Below are positions 59,000 through 64,000 of a stretch of DNA of 64,000 nucleotides, piece after piece. The translations under genes were made by a program, and so were the position numbers. Source of the stretch: Oligoflexia bacterium (GTDB lineage: Bacteria; Bdellovibrionota; UBA1018); NCBI GenBank assembly GCA_963758495.1, contig CAVWVI010000004.1, positions 640,001-704,000 of the forward strand. The letters run 5' to 3'. Below the pieces are notes generated by a model, which had not been told where the DNA came from, did not search any database, and saw nothing but the letters and a program-made list of their open reading frames with translations. Numbering within the stretch: position 1 is the stretch's first letter; every line of letters begins with the position of its first letter.

Positions 59000-60610
59000 C
59001 TAACTTTCAACGTCCTCCGTGTGACCACGTGGTCCCACAGAACGGGCCGATTCACGATGTTTATAGGAAATTTTATAAGACTTAGAACTATGATGACGAT
59101 GACGATGACTGCGTCTTTTTTCTGGAGGGTCTTGAATTTCTAATGATGCAAAAGTCCGAGAACGATCATTTGGCATAGGGAGAAAAACCTTCGCGCCATT
59201 GCGAAGAGGAGTCTGGACAGAGATTCGATTTAAATCTCTCATTGGGTCTACATTAATTCCAAAATGCCGTGCAATTCTCGAGAGAGTCTCCCCCCGATGG
59301 ACTTTATAGGTCATGAATTTAACTTGTCTCGGAAATGCTTCATGGTTATAGGTCAGCAAAAACCGACTATGGCTAGAAGCTGGGAGTTTAATCCTATAAC
59401 TCCTTGCGGTCGGAGGCGTACACCAACGGAGAATTTCAGGATTCAAATTCTTCACTGTCAAATAAGAGAGTCCAGCTGCCCGCGCAATTTTAAGAAGATC
59501 TGCAGGACTCTGAACATCAAACTCGACTAACTCCTCACCACCCACTTCGCCTTTTTTACTTACATGAGGAGTAGGAACAGGTTTAGCCAAAGGAACGGGA
59601 GACAATTCTATGGGCATTGTGAGAGCAGTGGTTGTAACCTCAGGAGAATCGAGTTCAGCATCATCAGAGAGATCCTCTGCACGCGCAAGCTGAGTATCCA
59701 TCTCTTTCTCTTTTTTATACTCAACATCTTCCACAGGTTTATCGGTTTTCACTAATTTGACAACTTCACCATCTCCAGCCACTGCAACACCCGCCGCAGG
59801 TAAGGTATTTCCTTCTGGAAATCCAAATTGAACACGATTTTTAGAGATCAATGCAGCCGCAATAATTTTAGGAACATAATCACGTGTCTCGGGTTTCAAA
59901 AAGCGATGCTGAGAGATTTGCCAAAAATCATTGCTTCCAAATCGCTTAATGGCTCGGTCAATCTTAGCCTCACCGGAATTATAAGCAGCAGCTGCAAGTT
60001 CCCAACTCTGAAACATGGAATAGAGATCTTTTAAATATTGAACAGCTGCTAAAGTTGATTTGCGAATATCTCTGCGCTCATCCACCCACCAATCAACCCT
60101 CAGTCCATATCGCTTTCCAGTTGCCGAAATAAATTGCCAAGGCCCCACTGCACGAGCACGTGATCGAGCCAAGTTATTAAAACCACTCTCGATCATTGCA
60201 AGATAAACCAAATCCTCTGGCATTCCGTTTTGTTTCAAAAGAGGAATGATGTAAGGAACAAAATACTCAGATCTTTCTAAATATTTTTCAAAAAATCCCC
60301 GACCTCGACCCGTAAAATAATTAACCCAATACTCCACTCTAGTATTAATAGTAATTGGAATATCAAAATGAGTATTTTTTAATTTAATTCCGTGAACACT
60401 CATTTCACCATTTTCAACTACTATACTTTTTTGATTGGAATCCGGCTGCAAAACTTCAGTAAGAGATTTTGGAGTGGGAGGATTTGAGGAATCTAAATGA
60501 TTATTATTGTCAGATGAAGTGCGAAAATGCGCGCAACCAGTAAGAAGCACTAGGCCAATGAGAGACGTTTTTAATAAATAATGGCTTTTTCCTTGAACAC
60601 TCAAATACAT
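59000..60610 (-). CDS. mltD: Lipoprotein lytic transglycosylase with LysM (MltD-like)
   Basis: Lipobox LTGC; LAMIESG, GPWQFI, AAYNSG, ETRDYVPK; LysM YKVHRGETLSRIA. Confidence 0.9.
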   Translation of the reverse strand: MYLSVQGKSHYLLKTSLIGLVLLTGCAHFRTSSDNNNHLDSSNPPTPKSLTEVLQPDSNQKSIVVENGEMSVHGIKLKNTHFDIPITINTRVEYWVNYFTGRGRGFFEKYLERSEYFVPYIIPLLKQNGMPEDLVYLAMIESGFNNLARSRARAVGPWQFISATGKRYGLRVDWWVDERRDIRKSTLAAVQYLKDLYSMFQSWELAAAAYNSGEAKIDRAIKRFGSNDFWQISQHRFLKPETRDYVPKIIAAALISKNRVQFGFPEGNTLPAAGVAVAGDGEVVKLVKTDKPVEDVEYKKEKEMDTQLARAEDLSDDAELDSPEVTTTALTMPIELSPVPLAKPVPTPHVSKKGEVGGEELVEFDVQSPADLLKIARAAGLSYLTVKNLNPEILRWCTPPTARSYRIKLPASSHSRFLLTYNHEAFPRQVKFMTYKVHRGETLSRIARHFGINVDPMRDLNRISVQTPLRNGAKVFLPMPNDRSRTFASLEIQDPPEKRRSHRHRHHSSKSYKISYKHRESARSVGPRGHTEDVES

Positions 60611-60844
60611 CCCTAAACATCCGATCGTGGTTAAACAGTGAATATTACTAAAATTGCCCTATTGGTTAAGATACATTCTGCTATCTTATAATCTTAACCG
60701 ATATAGCGCAAAATTGTCAAATTTTGGGCGTTAAATCATCATCTTAGGCTTTTATTCGTAGTGCAACTACAATCGCGAATTTAAGCGTAAAATGAAAATC
60801 TCTGCAAAGGTCACGCCCATTTTGGGATCTTACTGATCCCCCTG

Positions 60845-61147
60845 TCATTCAATCGGTTCAATTTCAAGATTCTTTAAACGGGTAGACGAAATTTTACGAT
60901 TGAACCTTAATTCAAGTTTTTTTTCTTCTTTGAGAATACTGCCTCCATCAGGTGTATTTTGTGAATTTTGAGCTGCTTGGTGCTTCTCAGTAATATTTTT
61001 AAATAATTCGAATTGACCAACAGAAGATTCATGTTTTTGAATTAGACTACGAGGTTTCATTTGAATTGGTTTTACAATCCCAGACCATAATGCCAATCCA
61101 CCTAGAAGAATTGAATATACAAGTATAAACGAGTATTTCTGCAACAT
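60845..61147 (-). CDS. Hypothetical protein with N-terminal membrane anchor
   Basis: 100-aa ORF with a hydrophobic N-terminus. Confidence 0.55.
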   Translation of the reverse strand: MLQKYSFILVYSILLGGLALWSGIVKPIQMKPRSLIQKHESSVGQFELFKNITEKHQAAQNSQNTPDGGSILKEEKKLELRFNRKISSTRLKNLEIEPIE

Positions 61148-61432
61148 CGCTAGATAGATTGCTGCAAGGCGTAAGCCCTTATAGTTAAGAAATATTAATA
61201 ATTTTATTCTTTAATAACAGAGAGTTAAAATTTAAAAGAAATAATATATTTTAAATCACTCATTAGTTTTTAAACACTGTTTAAAGCATAGGCATATGTA
61301 TGCATATCTAGTGGTTTTCATTTACCTTTATGGATGCTCTGAATTTTACGCTTAATTTGAGAAAAAAAGTAGAACCTCTAATATAAATAGTTCCTTTAGA
61401 GCTGTTGACAAGACTCCCTGCAGTGCTTACCT

Positions 61433-61879
61433 CTAATGAAGGTCTGCAGGATTGAACTTTTTCACTATATCCACAATTTGATGTTCAAGATCGTCATCAG
61501 TTTCATAGACGTCGTCAATATGAGAAGATCTCATCAAATATTGCACAATGGTGTTAGCTATTATTTTTGGAGGCTTCTGAAAATAAAAACCATTTAATTC
61601 ATCTATACCAAAACTACTTCGCACAACAGCTTTTGCAGCACGATACTGTTCACTCTCCGTAAACGTAGTGTCCTGAAGCATATCTGCTTTTGCACCCATT
61701 TTTAAAAGGACTCTTTCGCGTAGGTCTTCATCTGTCAAGACAAAGGGGGCTATCATGCCATAAACCTCATCTTGAACAATTTGTCTTAAACGAGAAGGAA
61801 AGCTAATTGATTTGCGGTTTTCCAATCGAGTAATGATACTTTTACATAATAAACGCAGTGTCTCTTTTTGCGTAGCCAT
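61433..61879 (-). CDS. Hypothetical protein (DUF507-like)
   Basis: GAGG RBS; helical protein ending DDVYETDDDL; family assignment tentative. Confidence 0.6.
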   Translation of the reverse strand: MATQKETLRLLCKSIITRLENRKSISFPSRLRQIVQDEVYGMIAPFVLTDEDLRERVLLKMGAKADMLQDTTFTESEQYRAAKAVVRSSFGIDELNGFYFQKPPKIIANTIVQYLMRSSHIDDVYETDDDLEHQIVDIVKKFNPADLH

Positions 61880-61929
61880 TTAATCCCTCATTAGCTTAAG
61901 AACTTGTTAACCTACCTTTTTACCTTAGC

Positions 61930-63654
61930 TCAGGTCGAGGTTCGACTCAGCTTATTTTTTATTTTTTCTGTAAAAAGATCAATTACCTCAGTGACCTCTT
62001 TCAAATGAAACATTTTGGCCGCCAACCAGACAAAAAGAACCCCCTCAGTAAGAAGAGCCATCATCTTGACGCCTCTTTGCATAAACACTCCAGTTTTGCC
62101 AAATTGCAATAAATACAGTGTTGCGCCCTGGAGCCATAGCGTTAAAAAGTGATCTGAAACAAAGCATACAAAACCCATAGCTAGAGCAATACTTGAGTAG
62201 ACGAGAAAGCTTCGACCTAGAGGAGCCAGAGGAAATCGCCCCCCCTTTTCTTGAATTAACTTACGGATTGCAAATAACAAAAAAACCCCATTTATGATCG
62301 CAGCAAGAGAGGTTCCCAGTGCCAACCCCCAATACCCAAAAGGTTTCACCATGATCAGGTTGAGACCAATCGTGACCCCCACAGCAAGGATACTGGAAAA
62401 AACAGGTAAGCGCGTATTGCCCAATGCATAACAAGCTGGAACTAGCACTTTGACTGCTGAGTATGCGGTTAATCCAATTGAATACATTGCAAGAGCCATT
62501 GACGTGGCGCGCGTATCCTCTGAATAGAATCGTCCATACTGAAAGATCAATTCAATAATAGGATAACCTAGAAAGGCTAGCCCAGCAGAAGCAGGAAGAT
62601 TGACGGCAAAGACTGTTTTGATACTATGACTCAATGTCTCATGAACTCCTTTAATATCGCCCTGCGCACATTGATAAGAAACACGAGGAAGAGTTGCCGC
62701 TGCTAATGACACTCCAAAAATGCCAATTGGAAACTGCATCAAACGAAATGCATAATTAAGCCAAGATACTGCCCCTGGTTCTTGAGAAGTGGCCAGAATA
62801 GTATTTACCAAGAGATTCACCTGCGTTGCAGCCAAGCCTACAGTTCCAGGTACCATCATCCACAGCATTCGTCTCAGGCCAGGATCTTTTTTCCATTCAG
62901 GATCTTCAGGCCTCTTTTTTGGCCAAACATAACCTGCTCGATACAACGCGGGTAACTGGCAAAACGCCTGAACAGCACCTCCCACAAGAACCCCGATTGC
63001 CATACCTTCAATAGGTAAGATTCCCCAACTTTTTCCCCAATACATCAATACTTCAGCGCAAGTCACACCCACAATGACCGAAGTCATATTGAATAATGCA
63101 GAGGCAAATGCGGGTAAGAAATAAACCCCACAAGCATTCAAAATTCCCATAAAAGCTGCGGCTAACGCAACTAAAGGAAAAAATGGAAACATGATCCTGG
63201 TCATCTGCACGGTGAGTTCAAACTTACCCGGAATGCCCTTGAAAGCTGCTGCGTATAGATTGACAAGTCTGGGTGCAAAAAGAATTCCTACAAGAGTCAA
63301 TCCACTGACCGTAAAGAAAAGAATTCGAAATACCAGACCAGCCAATCTCCACGCACGACGATCTCCCTCTTCAACACGTGTCCGGGTAAAAGTGGGAACC
63401 AGCGATGCACTCATCGCACCTTCTGCAAATAAGTCCCGAAGTAAATTTGGAATTCTAAAGGCAACATTATATGCATCAGTCAAATTGCCCGCTCCAAACA
63501 AGTAGGCAAAGACTTGCTCCCGCACGAGACCCATGATCCGACTCATTAAAGTCGCAATACCCATGACTCCAGCCGCTCTTAAAACACCCGGAGCACTCCC
63601 CAAAGTAGAATCTGAACCAGAAAGTAAGACAGAAGAGTCGTTAGCTTTTGCCAT
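61930..63654 (-). CDS. murJ: Lipid II flippase MurJ (MviN)
   Basis: SRIMGLVREQ, DAYNVAFRIPNLLRDLFAEGA and YAFRLMQFPIGIFG. Confidence 0.97.
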   Translation of the reverse strand: MAKANDSSVLLSGSDSTLGSAPGVLRAAGVMGIATLMSRIMGLVREQVFAYLFGAGNLTDAYNVAFRIPNLLRDLFAEGAMSASLVPTFTRTRVEEGDRRAWRLAGLVFRILFFTVSGLTLVGILFAPRLVNLYAAAFKGIPGKFELTVQMTRIMFPFFPLVALAAAFMGILNACGVYFLPAFASALFNMTSVIVGVTCAEVLMYWGKSWGILPIEGMAIGVLVGGAVQAFCQLPALYRAGYVWPKKRPEDPEWKKDPGLRRMLWMMVPGTVGLAATQVNLLVNTILATSQEPGAVSWLNYAFRLMQFPIGIFGVSLAAATLPRVSYQCAQGDIKGVHETLSHSIKTVFAVNLPASAGLAFLGYPIIELIFQYGRFYSEDTRATSMALAMYSIGLTAYSAVKVLVPACYALGNTRLPVFSSILAVGVTIGLNLIMVKPFGYWGLALGTSLAAIINGVFLLFAIRKLIQEKGGRFPLAPLGRSFLVYSSIALAMGFVCFVSDHFLTLWLQGATLYLLQFGKTGVFMQRGVKMMALLTEGVLFVWLAAKMFHLKEVTEVIDLFTEKIKNKLSRTST

Positions 63655-63657
63655 GAA

Positions 63658-63966
63658 TTAAGAGAGCTTTGACCCATTGAAAGTCTTTTTAAGCCAATGA
63701 GTAATACCTTCATCAATCTTTGCCTTAAATGGAGAAGCAAGAAGACTCAACTTACCCTCGAGTTCCATCTTTTCATCCTGGCACTTGAGGGATGCAGAAA
63801 ACATAGATGACTTGACACAAACTTCCTTGAGTTCAGGGTTTCTTTCAATTTCAAACTTCCCTAATGCAGCTTTACTCATAAGATGATCGATTCCCATAGA
63901 AACTGCATTATAAAGCTCTTGGGCCGTTTTACCTGGAATTTGAACTTTTCTCGAATAACTTGGCAT
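63658..63966 (-). CDS. Polyhydroxyalkanoic acid system family-like small protein
   Basis: Short protein with LEGKLSLLASPFKAKIDEGI; GAGGGAG RBS. Confidence 0.65.
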   Translation of the reverse strand: MPSYSRKVQIPGKTAQELYNAVSMGIDHLMSKAALGKFEIERNPELKEVCVKSSMFSASLKCQDEKMELEGKLSLLASPFKAKIDEGITHWLKKTFNGSKLS

Positions 63967-64000
63967 TTTATATGTACTCCCTCGATTACAGTAGGCTAGT

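Noticed and set aside
375..63505. Numerous 60-150 aa antisense or alternate-frame ORFs inside well-supported genes
   Set aside because: They lie entirely within conserved CDSs with no motifs or RBS, as expected by chance.

Overview
This 64 kb window is bacterial chromosome of roughly 40-45% GC by eye. Gene style (secreted hypotheticals, DUF4360, a DUF507-like gene, an AHDIRSPL-type hybrid kinase) suggests Bdellovibrionota/Oligoflexia; this is inference. Positions 1-22 kb are an accessory mosaic next to a dTDP-rhamnose/glycosyltransferase locus (rfbD-rfbC, GT2, membrane GT-like genes). It holds about five toxin-antitoxin-like modules in various states of decay, including a 1.17 kb islet bounded by a 162-bp duplication of the rfbC 3' end. 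It also holds a secreted-protein operon, small enzymes flanked by scraps of their former neighbours, and a secreted protein with a toxin-like C-terminus. Positions 22-33 kb carry an SNF2-SWIM pair, manC, a membrane GT, and a two-gene AANAT-like GNAT plus multi-TM hybrid histidine kinase operon. That operon is the best candidate for an undescribed signal synthase/receptor system. Positions 33-64 kb are mostly core genes: tal, prmA, an unusual RNase E, the deoC-deoB-pdp-punA-cdd salvage operon followed by a PLD and an NCS2 permease, rplU-rpmA-obgE-nadD-rsfS-rlmH, an inserted hipA module, gpmI-pfkA, comF, lysC, mltD and murJ. I recognised no rRNA, tRNA, CRISPR array, integrase or transposase. All family assignments come from motif recognition by eye, not database searches.
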